From Pirellulales bacterium (GTDB lineage Bacteria; Planctomycetota; Planctomycetia; Pirellulales; UBA1268): 57,850 nt of DNA. The translations under genes and the position numbers were made by a program. Of this stretch, positions 7,980 through 16,384 are shown piece after piece (within the stretch, counting starts at the first letter, position 1; each line of letters opens with the position of its first letter). The stretch is taken from positions 1 through 57,850 of the forward strand of contig JBIIOJ010000001.1 in NCBI GenBank assembly GCA_044337015.1, read 5' to 3'. The notes below the pieces were generated by a model, which searched no databases, had not been told where the DNA came from, and was given only the letters and a program-made list of their open reading frames with translations.

Positions 7980-8873
7980 TCAGGCCCGGTCGGCTGGCGA
8001 GGGGATCGCCCTGCGAACGCCGACGATCAGGCATCCCGCGAGCAGCCCGACGGCCGCGTCGGCCGCGACCGCAAGCAGCGTCAGCCAGCCGTCCGGCGCG
8101 AGATCGTGCAGGACGGCATGGATCGCGGGCAGGGCGTGGGCGATGATGCCGCCCCCCACGAGAAACATCGCCGCGGTGCCGGCGGCCGAGAGCCCACGCA
8201 TCATCCATGGCGCGGCGGCGAGGATGCCCCGGCCCAGGCCCCGCGCGAGCGGGTTGGCCCAGCCTGCGAGCATGGCCCCGAGATCGTCGAGCTTCACAAT
8301 CGCCGCGACGAGCCCGTAGACGCCGATCGTCATCGCGATGGAGATCGCCGCCAGCACCCCCATTTGCACGGCGAGCGGCCTGCCTGCCACCACGCCGAGC
8401 GTGATCACGATGATCTCGGCCGAGAGAATGAAATCGGTGCGGATAGCGGCCGCGACGCGGTCTCGTTCGTGCGTCACCGGGTCATGGCCGGTGGCCCCCG
8501 CAGGGCAGTCGTGCGTCCCGTCATGCGCCGCATCGCCGCGATGCGAGAGACGGTGCAGGATCTTCTCGGCCCCCTCGTAGCAGAGGAACGCACCGCCGAC
8601 GACCAAGAGCGGCGTTATGGCCCAGGGAGCGGCCCAACTGATGGCGAGGGCCGCCGGAACCAGGATGCACTTGTTGAAGGCCGAGCCCCTCGCCACCCGC
8701 CAGACCACGATGAGCTCGCGCGTGGGTCGCACGCCAGCGACCTGCTTGGCGTTGAGGGCGAGATCGTCACCGAGCACCCCGGCCGTCTTCTTTGCGGCCA
8801 CCTTCGTCATCGTCGCCACGTCGTCGAGGACGCTCGCGATGTCGTCGAGGAGCAGGAGGAGGCTGCCGGCCAT
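7980..8873 (-). CDS. DUF808 (YedI-like) inner-membrane protein
   Basis: The N-terminus MAGSLLLLLDDIASVLDDVATMTKVAAKKTAGVLGDDLALNAKQVAGV matches the highly conserved start of YedI/DUF808 proteins. Several TM segments follow. Confidence 0.85.
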   Translation of the reverse strand: MAGSLLLLLDDIASVLDDVATMTKVAAKKTAGVLGDDLALNAKQVAGVRPTRELIVVWRVARGSAFNKCILVPAALAISWAAPWAITPLLVVGGAFLCYEGAEKILHRLSHRGDAAHDGTHDCPAGATGHDPVTHERDRVAAAIRTDFILSAEIIVITLGVVAGRPLAVQMGVLAAISIAMTIGVYGLVAAIVKLDDLGAMLAGWANPLARGLGRGILAAAPWMMRGLSAAGTAAMFLVGGGIIAHALPAIHAVLHDLAPDGWLTLLAVAADAAVGLLAGCLIVGVRRAIPSPADRA

Positions 8874-8998
8874 GAAGACAGTCTACTTCGTGCGAGGGCT
8901 CCCTTGACCAGTCTTTCCGTGCGGCTATTTTTTAGCGGGCTTCGATCGTCCGCGGAGCCCCACGATTCCTTCCCCCTCGTGCCCATCGGAGCCTCCCC

Positions 8999-10438
8999 AT
9001 GACAAAACATACAGTGACCGTGATCCCGGGAGACGGGATCGGCCCCGAGTGCGTCCATGCCGCGATCGACGTCATCAACGCCACAGGTGTCGGGATCGAA
9101 TGGATCGAGCGACACGCCGGCGAACGCGTCTTCAAGCAGGGCATCGCCTCGGGCGTTCCGCAGGAGACGATCGATTCGATCAGCCAGACGAGGGTCGTCC
9201 TCAAGGGCCCCCTCGGCACGCCGGTGGGATTCGGTGAGAAGTCGGCCAACGTCACGCTACGGAAATTGTTCGAGACCTTCGCCAACATCCGTCCCGTGAG
9301 AGAGCTACCCGGCGTCGTCACGCCGTACACGGGCCAGGGCGTCGACCTCGTCGTCGTCCGCGAGAACGTCGAGGATCTCTACGCTGGGATCGAGCACATG
9401 CAGACGCCGGACGTGGCGCAGTGCCTGAAGCTCATCAGCGCGAAGGGTTCGGAGAAGATCGTCCGACTCGCGTTCGAGTTCGCCCGCTCGGAGGGCAGAA
9501 AGTCGGTCGCCTGCGCTACGAAGTCGAACATCATGAAGCTCACCGAGGGGGAGCTGAAGAGGACGTTCGAACGGATCGCGCCCGAGTATCCCGACATCCA
9601 GTCGTGGCACGTGATCATCGACAACTGCGCCCACCAGCTCGTGAAGAAGCCCTCACAGTTCGACGTGATCGTCACGACGAACATGAACGGCGACATCATC
9701 AGCGATCTCACCTCGGCACTCGTTGGCGGGCTCGGCTTCGCCCCGTCCGCCAATCTCGGCAACGGCATCGCGATCTTCGAGGCGGTCCATGGATCGGCTC
9801 CGAAGTACGCGGGCAAGGACGTCATCAACCCGACGGCCGTCCTCCTCAGTGGCGTAATGATGCTCAAGCATCTCGGCGAGTTCGCCGCGGCCGCGGACAT
9901 CGAGCATGCCGTGCTCGTCACGCTCCTGGATGGCCGGCTCACCGGCGACGTCGTCGGCTATGACAAGGGGGTGAAAACGTCGGAGTATGCGAAGCACGTC
10001 ATCGCGAACCTCGGTCGCCGAGCCGAGGGCTGGAGCGTCCGAACCGCGAAGCCGATCCAGATGCCGCAGGTGAGCCGAAACCCGGTGTTCCGTCCCGCAA
10101 AGACGAAGGACGTGGTGGGCGCCGACATCTTCGTCGAGAGCGGTCTCGAGCCGGCGGAGCTGGGAAAGTCGCTCGAGTCGATTGCGGCGGCGGCGCCGCT
10201 CAAGCTCAAGATGATCTCGAACCGCGGCACCAAGGTTTACCCCGACGGCAACCCCAACATCGACTGCGTGAGCCACCACCGCTGCCGGTTCGTGAGCCGC
10301 GGCGGTGATCCGATCCAGTTCGACGAGGCGCTCTCGCTCGCGAGGAAGATCAATGAGACTCACGAGGTCTGCCACGTGGAGCGCCTGCTGCGGATCGACG
10401 GCAAGGACGGATTCACGAAGGCCCAGGGGGAAGATTGA
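8999..10438 (+). CDS. icd: Isocitrate/isopropylmalate dehydrogenase-family enzyme (NAD-IDH-like) with ~140-aa C-terminal extension
   Basis: Motifs VTVIPGDGIGPE, ...NIRPV..., VVVRENVEDLYAG, NMNGDIISDL and EAVHGSAPKYAGKDVINP are typical of beta-decarboxylating dehydrogenases. The canonical fold ends near aa 338 of 479. Confidence 0.8.
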   Translation: MTKHTVTVIPGDGIGPECVHAAIDVINATGVGIEWIERHAGERVFKQGIASGVPQETIDSISQTRVVLKGPLGTPVGFGEKSANVTLRKLFETFANIRPVRELPGVVTPYTGQGVDLVVVRENVEDLYAGIEHMQTPDVAQCLKLISAKGSEKIVRLAFEFARSEGRKSVACATKSNIMKLTEGELKRTFERIAPEYPDIQSWHVIIDNCAHQLVKKPSQFDVIVTTNMNGDIISDLTSALVGGLGFAPSANLGNGIAIFEAVHGSAPKYAGKDVINPTAVLLSGVMMLKHLGEFAAAADIEHAVLVTLLDGRLTGDVVGYDKGVKTSEYAKHVIANLGRRAEGWSVRTAKPIQMPQVSRNPVFRPAKTKDVVGADIFVESGLEPAELGKSLESIAAAAPLKLKMISNRGTKVYPDGNPNIDCVSHHRCRFVSRGGDPIQFDEALSLARKINETHEVCHVERLLRIDGKDGFTKAQGED

Positions 10439-10456
10439 CGGCAGTCACCAGCTGAC

Positions 10457-11263
10457 TCAGCCCTCGCGGCCCGGGCCCCCCTCCATTTCGATCGTGGCGA
10501 TCCGCTCGAGGAGTTCGGCGACGGTCGCCTCCAGTTGGGCGATCCGGTGGTCGAGGCCATGCCAGATCTCCTGCTCGTGCCGATCGGGCGACGCGACGGC
10601 CGACGGCCCATTCGCCGGCCGCGGGCCACTGCCTGACGGATGCCCATTGCCTGGCTGCAGCCCACTGCCCGACGGAGAGGCTGATGGCACCACACCGCCG
10701 CCGATTCGCACCTGCACCTCGCGGAGCTCGTCCGGCGGGAGGAGGCCGTGGGTCAGCAGCCTGCCGCGGCCGGGGGGCGACAGCCAGACGACGAGGCCCC
10801 GACCGGCCAGCCGGTCAAGATGAGTTCGTAGCGCCCCGAGATCCGGGATCGGGTCCATCCGACTCGCCCGGCCGCGAAGGTCTCCTTCGCTCTGCTCTCC
10901 TCGCAACAGCAACTCGCCGAGGATGGCCAATTCCTCCTTCTCGACGCCGAGCCATTCGTAGGCGAGGTGGCGATATCGGGCGATCCGCCCGCTGCCGAAC
11001 ACCTCCGCGGCGGCCCCGCACTCCCGCAGACGGCCGAGTGCCCGACTCACCCGCTCCTCGTCGAGCGTCATGGCCGGATCACGGTTGCTCTTCTGGTTGC
11101 AGCCCGACACGAGCCCGTTGAGCGACATCGGATATTGATCAGGCGTGGTCTTGCCCTTTTCGATGAGTGTGCCGAGCACCCGCCGCTCAATCGGATCAAG
11201 AGGCCTCACCGGCTTCGCGGCGACGGACACGGGCTGCTCGAGCGTGCTGGCCTGGTCGATCAT
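10457..11263 (-). CDS. yceH: YceH/DUF480-family protein
   Basis: PLDPIERRVLGTLIEKGKTTPDQYPMSLNGLVSGCNQKSNRDPAM is the conserved DUF480 N-terminal signature. The protein has a second winged-helix-like half and a C-terminal coiled-coil-like tail. Confidence 0.8.
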   Translation of the reverse strand: MIDQASTLEQPVSVAAKPVRPLDPIERRVLGTLIEKGKTTPDQYPMSLNGLVSGCNQKSNRDPAMTLDEERVSRALGRLRECGAAAEVFGSGRIARYRHLAYEWLGVEKEELAILGELLLRGEQSEGDLRGRASRMDPIPDLGALRTHLDRLAGRGLVVWLSPPGRGRLLTHGLLPPDELREVQVRIGGGVVPSASPSGSGLQPGNGHPSGSGPRPANGPSAVASPDRHEQEIWHGLDHRIAQLEATVAELLERIATIEMEGGPGREG

Positions 11264-11423
11264 GGGTTTTCTCCGTGGGGCTTCGCGATCGGGAGCGGCT
11301 GCAAACGGCCGAAATCGTACCCGACCTGCTGCGACGGTTCACTTGCCGGACGCGAACGCGGCAAAACCAGGCCGGACAGTTGCGCGGACTGTGCTTCCAC
11401 CCGATCCGACGATTCTCGAACCC

Positions 11424-14400
11424 CTACTTGCCCGGGTCCTTCAGGGTCTTCAGGTACGAGATCACGTCGAGGAACTCGTTGGGCGAAAGCGTCGCCGTGA
11501 GCCCCTCCGGCATGCTGCTTTGCTTGAGCTTGGCCCGATCCTCGATCGTGGCGACCGGGATCGTCCTGCGATCCTTGCCGTCGTAGATCACGACCTCCTC
11601 CGGCGTCTCACTGACGAGCAGGCCGGTGATGGTCTTGCCGTCATCGGTGACCACGAGCGTCGAGAGATACTTTTCGTCGATGTCGGCATTCGGATCGATG
11701 AGCGACTCGACGAGCTTGTAGGGCACAAGCCGCGAGGCCACCTTCGTCATGTCGGGCCCGAGCTCGGCCCCCTCCGAATTGATCTTGTGACAGTTGGAGC
11801 AGATTCTGCGGAAGACGTGCCTTCCGTTTTCGGTGTTGCCTCCGCTGATGTCGGCGATCGACTGGATCGCCTTATTCCGCTGCTCATCAGTCTTCGGCTC
11901 CTTGCTCAACAGCACGGCGAGGTGCGGCTGCATCTCGGCCGCCTTCCTGTCGAGCCCCAGCACGCTGTCGAGGATCGCCGCGGCCCGCGAGCCCTTCGCC
12001 GCGAACTCACCCTTGTCGTGGGCCGCCTTCCAGACGGCGACGTTGGCGGCAAGCGCCGCGTCGCATGTGTAGGCGAGCCAGCGGTCCTCGGGCTCGGCGT
12101 TCGCCGCGGCGGCGACCGCCTCCATGGCGTCCTTTGTGCCGTAGAAGCTCAGGCCCCGCACCGCTTCCGTCCGGACCCGCGGGTGCGGGTCGGCCGACTG
12201 CTTGACGAGCAGCCGCTCGGCTCCCGGAACACGATCCCGCTCGTCGGCGAGCACACGGGTCGCCGCGGCCCTGGCATCGGCCGTCTTCGCGGCAAGCGCC
12301 TGGTCGAGGAGCTTCGGATCGACCGCGTGGAAGCTCTGCTGCAGCCAGAGCACTTCCATCCGCAGCCGGTCGTAGGCAGGGTCGGCCGCTTTCTTCGAGA
12401 GCCACTCACCGGCAGCCGAGAGCACATCCTCCTTCGGCCGAGCCTGGAGATCGGCCCGGGCGCGGTACCGCGTCCGCCACTCGGGGCTCTCGAGCTGTGC
12501 GAGCACGGCGGCCGTCGGCCTGCCCGCCTGGGTCTCCGGCTCGACAAGGGGCTTCTTCGTGTACACGAGCCGATAGATGCGGCCGTGGGCGTGGTCACGG
12601 TTGGGATCCCGCTGGCTGTACTGCATGTGGCCGATGAGCGGATTGGCCCAATCGCCGAACCAGAGGGCGCCGTCGGGCCCGATCTGCGGGTCGACCGGCC
12701 GGAAATGCTTGTCGGTGCTCTTGATGAGGTCGAACGCCGTCTCCTTCCTGGCGGGGTCTCGCCGCACGCGGACCCCCTTGTAGCCGGCGCCGTCGTCGCT
12801 GATCTGCCACCGTGGCATGCCGTTGGTGTTGATGACGCAGGCGTAGACGAACTGATCCTGAACGTCGTCGGGGAACTGCCTTGTCCGCAGGTAGTCGCTG
12901 CCGATCACCGGACGCATCCCTTCGGTGTCGAAGACCGGCTGCAGGCTCTTGCGGCCGAGGTACTGCGTTCCCGAAAGCGGCGTGTCCCAGTGCTGCACGG
13001 CGGTCGTGCCGTCGCCGCAAATTCCCTGCCCCCACTCGTTAAAGACGTAACACCACGGATTGCCGTAGCCCGGCGTCTTGAAATGCCGCACCTTCCAGGT
13101 CCTCGGGTCGAGCACGTAGCAGCCGGCGGTGGCGAAGTTGCGGAACGGCCCCCACGGGGTCTCGAGCGTGGTGCTCATCGAGACGCCCTCGAGCATGTGA
13201 AGCAGCCCGCCGTTGCTCGCCTCGAAGGCCCCGGCCGTGTGGTGGGTGTCTTCGGTGGCCCATCCATCGAGCACCTGCACCACGACGTCGGCCCGGTCGT
13301 CTCCATCGGAATCCTTGAGCCACAGCATCCTCGGCTGGTCCATGACGAGCACGCCGCCGTCGAAGAACTGGAAGCCGGTCGGGCAATGGAGCTTGTCGTA
13401 GAAGATCGTGCTCTTGTCGGCCGCGCCATCCTTGTCGGTGTCCTCGAGAATCACGAGCTTGTCGGCGGGCCTCGGACTGCCCGGCTGCCACTGCGGGTAG
13501 CTCGGCATCGTCGACATCCAGAGCCGCCCCTTCGAATCGAAGCCGAGCTGCACGGGGTTGGCGATCTCCGGAAACTTCCGCTCGTCGGCAAAGGGGCGGA
13601 TCTCGAATCCATCGGGCACGGTGCAGGTCTGGAGGAACTCCTCCGGCGACTTGATCACCGGCCCTCCCTCGGCGTTCTCGCTGTACGACTGCCTCGGCTC
13701 GCCGAACCGGGTCTGCGGGGTGAAGACGTCGCCCGTGGCGGAGTCGTCGGGAACCGTCGGCACCTGGCGGCCGGAGGCGATGTCCCAGACGTAGCGGTCG
13801 CGGACAGCGGCCATGTTGCGGAGCTTCACATACTCCCGCGGAAACGTCTCCGTGTCCCAGGTGCGGCGGCCGCCGTAGACGTACCAGCCGTTGACCATCC
13901 GGTAATCCTGCAGGTGGACCCACGACTTGTCATTCACAGCGGCCCGCAGCTTCTCGAAGCGGTCGCCGCCGAGCTGGTTCGAGGCCGGTGCGCCGAAGAG
14001 CGCCCGGTCGAGCCCCTCGCCAACGATCCTGTCGCCCGCCTCGTTCGCGTGGCAGCCGTTGATCGTGTGCTGCAGGCCCGGCTTCGCCGAGAAGGCCTCG
14101 AGCGACGGTGCAAAAAGATCCACGAACGCGATCCCCCGAGCCGCCGCCACTTCCTTCACCGCATCCCGGTAGAGGGCGAGGTTCGCGTTCTGGGCGGCGG
14201 CATCGGGCAGCAGCGGATTGCCGCTGGCCTCGACCGCGATCGGCGAGACGATCACGAACCGAGGAACGGCCTTCGTTTCGTCCCGAGGATACTTCGCCGC
14301 GAGATCGCCGATGAGCTTCGCATAGTCGGCCTTGAACTTCGCCACGCCGCCCGGACCGGCGAACGCCTCGTTGAACCCGAAGAAGAGCAGGTAAGTGTCG

Positions 14401-14837
14401 GCTCCGAAGGCGGCCAACGGGTCATCGAGCCGCGTGTAGTCAGTCGGCCGCTGACGGTTGCCAACCTCGTCGGCCGGCCAGGCGAAGTTCCGCACGATGA
14501 GCCGCTTCTCGGGAAACCGCTGGTGGAGGAGCGCCTCGAAGTGGCCGAAGAGGCTCATCCTCTCGGCGGTCGAGTTGCCGAGGAACGCGATCCGCTCCCC
14601 CTCGATGAACCGCAGCGGCAGGCTGCTCGGCGGCAGGGCGGGGCGGGCCGGCCGCGGCGGGATCGCGAGCATTTCGCGGGCTGTCTTCAGCGGATCGGTC
14701 TGCGTGGTTGGCTGCGGCTTCGCGGCCTCGTTGGCCGGGGCAGGCACCGTGGCGACGATGGCGGTCGCCGCGACCGCAAGCACCGTGCAGCGGGTGAATC
14801 GAACGGACGGTGAGATCGCGGCTGAAATCCGGCACAT
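11424..14837 (-). CDS. PVC-type haem-binding (CxxCH) putative membrane-bound dehydrogenase with SGNH-like N-terminus and HEAT repeats
   Basis: The 1137-aa product has a signal peptide and an SGNH-like block (RIAFLGNSTAERM). Next come a beta-propeller/dehydrogenase-like middle (DKDGAADK, DSDGDDRAD) and HEAT-like repeats (DPHPRVRTEAVRGL). A C-terminal cytochrome c motif is present (CSNCHKINSEG). The start lies 45 nt downstream of the DUF1501 stop. Confidence 0.85.
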   Translation of the reverse strand: MCRISAAISPSVRFTRCTVLAVAATAIVATVPAPANEAAKPQPTTQTDPLKTAREMLAIPPRPARPALPPSSLPLRFIEGERIAFLGNSTAERMSLFGHFEALLHQRFPEKRLIVRNFAWPADEVGNRQRPTDYTRLDDPLAAFGADTYLLFFGFNEAFAGPGGVAKFKADYAKLIGDLAAKYPRDETKAVPRFVIVSPIAVEASGNPLLPDAAAQNANLALYRDAVKEVAAARGIAFVDLFAPSLEAFSAKPGLQHTINGCHANEAGDRIVGEGLDRALFGAPASNQLGGDRFEKLRAAVNDKSWVHLQDYRMVNGWYVYGGRRTWDTETFPREYVKLRNMAAVRDRYVWDIASGRQVPTVPDDSATGDVFTPQTRFGEPRQSYSENAEGGPVIKSPEEFLQTCTVPDGFEIRPFADERKFPEIANPVQLGFDSKGRLWMSTMPSYPQWQPGSPRPADKLVILEDTDKDGAADKSTIFYDKLHCPTGFQFFDGGVLVMDQPRMLWLKDSDGDDRADVVVQVLDGWATEDTHHTAGAFEASNGGLLHMLEGVSMSTTLETPWGPFRNFATAGCYVLDPRTWKVRHFKTPGYGNPWCYVFNEWGQGICGDGTTAVQHWDTPLSGTQYLGRKSLQPVFDTEGMRPVIGSDYLRTRQFPDDVQDQFVYACVINTNGMPRWQISDDGAGYKGVRVRRDPARKETAFDLIKSTDKHFRPVDPQIGPDGALWFGDWANPLIGHMQYSQRDPNRDHAHGRIYRLVYTKKPLVEPETQAGRPTAAVLAQLESPEWRTRYRARADLQARPKEDVLSAAGEWLSKKAADPAYDRLRMEVLWLQQSFHAVDPKLLDQALAAKTADARAAATRVLADERDRVPGAERLLVKQSADPHPRVRTEAVRGLSFYGTKDAMEAVAAAANAEPEDRWLAYTCDAALAANVAVWKAAHDKGEFAAKGSRAAAILDSVLGLDRKAAEMQPHLAVLLSKEPKTDEQRNKAIQSIADISGGNTENGRHVFRRICSNCHKINSEGAELGPDMTKVASRLVPYKLVESLIDPNADIDEKYLSTLVVTDDGKTITGLLVSETPEEVVIYDGKDRRTIPVATIEDRAKLKQSSMPEGLTATLSPNEFLDVISYLKTLKDPGK

Positions 14838-14882
14838 GATGGCTTGTCCTGAAGAACTCTGGCGGAAGGCTTGGAACCGAAC

Positions 14883-16373
14883 TTACGCGAGCAAATCCTG
14901 CACGATGCGGGCGTGCTCCACGCCCGTGAGCCGCTGGTCGAGCCCGAGGTGGCGGTAGGTGAACCTCTCGTGGTCGAAGCCCATGAGGTGCAGCACCGTG
15001 GCGTGGAAATCACGGATGTGCACGGGGTCTTTCACGATATTGTAGGAAAAGTCGTCGGTCTCGCCGTGAATCCATCCCGGCCGCGAACCGCCGCCGCACA
15101 TCCACATGGTGAAGCAGCGGGGATGGTGATCGCGGCCATAGTTCTCCTTCGAAAGGCCGCCCTGGGAGTAGATCGTGCGGCCGAACTCGCCCCCCCAGAT
15201 GATGAGCGTCTCATCCAATAGGCCGCGGGCCTTGAGGTCCTGCACGAGACCCCAGCAGGCCTGGTCGATGTCCTTGCACTGGCTCGGGAGCCGGCCGGCC
15301 ACGTTGCCGTGGGTGTCCCAGTTGTTGAGATAGACCTGGACGAATCGCACGCCCCGCTCCACCATCCGTCGGGCCATGAGCGCCGTGTTGGCGAACGTTC
15401 CCGGCTTCTTGGCAGCCTCCCCGTAGAGGGCGTAGGTGTGCTCCGGCTCGGAAGCGAGATCCGTGAGGTCAGGCACGCTCGACTGCATCCGGAAGGCCAT
15501 CTCAAACTGGGCGATCCGCGTCCGTGTCTCGGGATCGCCGATCTCCCGAAGTGTCCGCTGATTCAGCGCCTGCAGGCCGTCGAGCGTCTTGCGACGGACC
15601 TCGGCCGACACGCCCGGGGGGTTGTTGATGTAGAGGATCGGGTCGCCCGCGGAGCGGAAGCTCACGCCGGCGTGCTCACCCGGCAGGTAGCCGCTCGACC
15701 AGAGCCGTGCGCCGATCGCCTGCACCTGCTCGGTGTTGGTCGGCTTCGCCACGAGCACGACGAACGTCGGCAGGTCCTTGTTGAGCGAGCCCAGCCCATA
15801 GCTCAGCCACGATCCCAGGCAGGGGCGGCCGGAGATCTGGTTGCCCGTCTGCATGTAGGTGATCGCAGGCTCGTGGTTGATCGCCTCGGTGTGCATCGAG
15901 CGGATGAAGCACATCTCGTCGACCATCCTCGACGTGTAGGGCAGGAGTTCGCTCACCCACATGCCGCTCTGGCCGTGCTGGGCAAACTTGTATTTCGAGG
16001 GCGCGATCGGAAACCTGGCCTGCCCGCTTGTCATCGTCGTGAGCCGCTGGCCGTTGCGGACGCTCTCGGGCAGGTCCTTGTCGTACCAGTCGTTCATGAC
16101 CGGCTTGTAGTCGTACATGTCCTGCTGCGGCGGCCCGCCCACCATGTGCAGGTAGATGACGTGCTTCGCCTTGGGAGCGAAGTGGGGCCCGATCGCCCCG
16201 GCGACCCGCTCGATTCCAGCCGACGACGACGAAGCGTTGCCGAGGGCCGTGCTTCGCCCAAGCAGCGTGGAGAGCGCCGCTCCGCCGAGCAGATGGCTGC
16301 CGGTCCCGAAGAACCGGCGGCGAGTGAGGTTCAGCCCGAGTTCGTCGAGCGGGGAGCGGATCGGGGGATTCAT
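14883..16373 (-). CDS. DUF1501 (sulfatase-like) protein with twin-arginine signal
   Basis: I place the start at the internal ATG (MNPPIRSPLDELGLNLTRRRFFGTG...), a Tat-type signal. The body shows typical DUF1501 blocks (GGPPQQDMYDYKP, WDTHGN, IWGGEFGRT, GRDHHP). The 52 codons upstream in the track ORF overlap the preceding gene. Confidence 0.9.
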   Translation of the reverse strand: MNPPIRSPLDELGLNLTRRRFFGTGSHLLGGAALSTLLGRSTALGNASSSSAGIERVAGAIGPHFAPKAKHVIYLHMVGGPPQQDMYDYKPVMNDWYDKDLPESVRNGQRLTTMTSGQARFPIAPSKYKFAQHGQSGMWVSELLPYTSRMVDEMCFIRSMHTEAINHEPAITYMQTGNQISGRPCLGSWLSYGLGSLNKDLPTFVVLVAKPTNTEQVQAIGARLWSSGYLPGEHAGVSFRSAGDPILYINNPPGVSAEVRRKTLDGLQALNQRTLREIGDPETRTRIAQFEMAFRMQSSVPDLTDLASEPEHTYALYGEAAKKPGTFANTALMARRMVERGVRFVQVYLNNWDTHGNVAGRLPSQCKDIDQACWGLVQDLKARGLLDETLIIWGGEFGRTIYSQGGLSKENYGRDHHPRCFTMWMCGGGSRPGWIHGETDDFSYNIVKDPVHIRDFHATVLHLMGFDHERFTYRHLGLDQRLTGVEHARIVQDLLA

Positions 16374-16384
16374 GGCGTCGGCTC

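Noticed and set aside
11145-14813. A 1222-aa plus-strand ORF covering almost the whole haem-binding dehydrogenase gene.
   Set aside because: Its composition is Arg/Gly/Pro/Leu-rich and it has no recognisable motif. The minus strand has CxxCH, HEAT and SGNH-like blocks. Long stop-free antisense frames are expected opposite GC3-rich genes.
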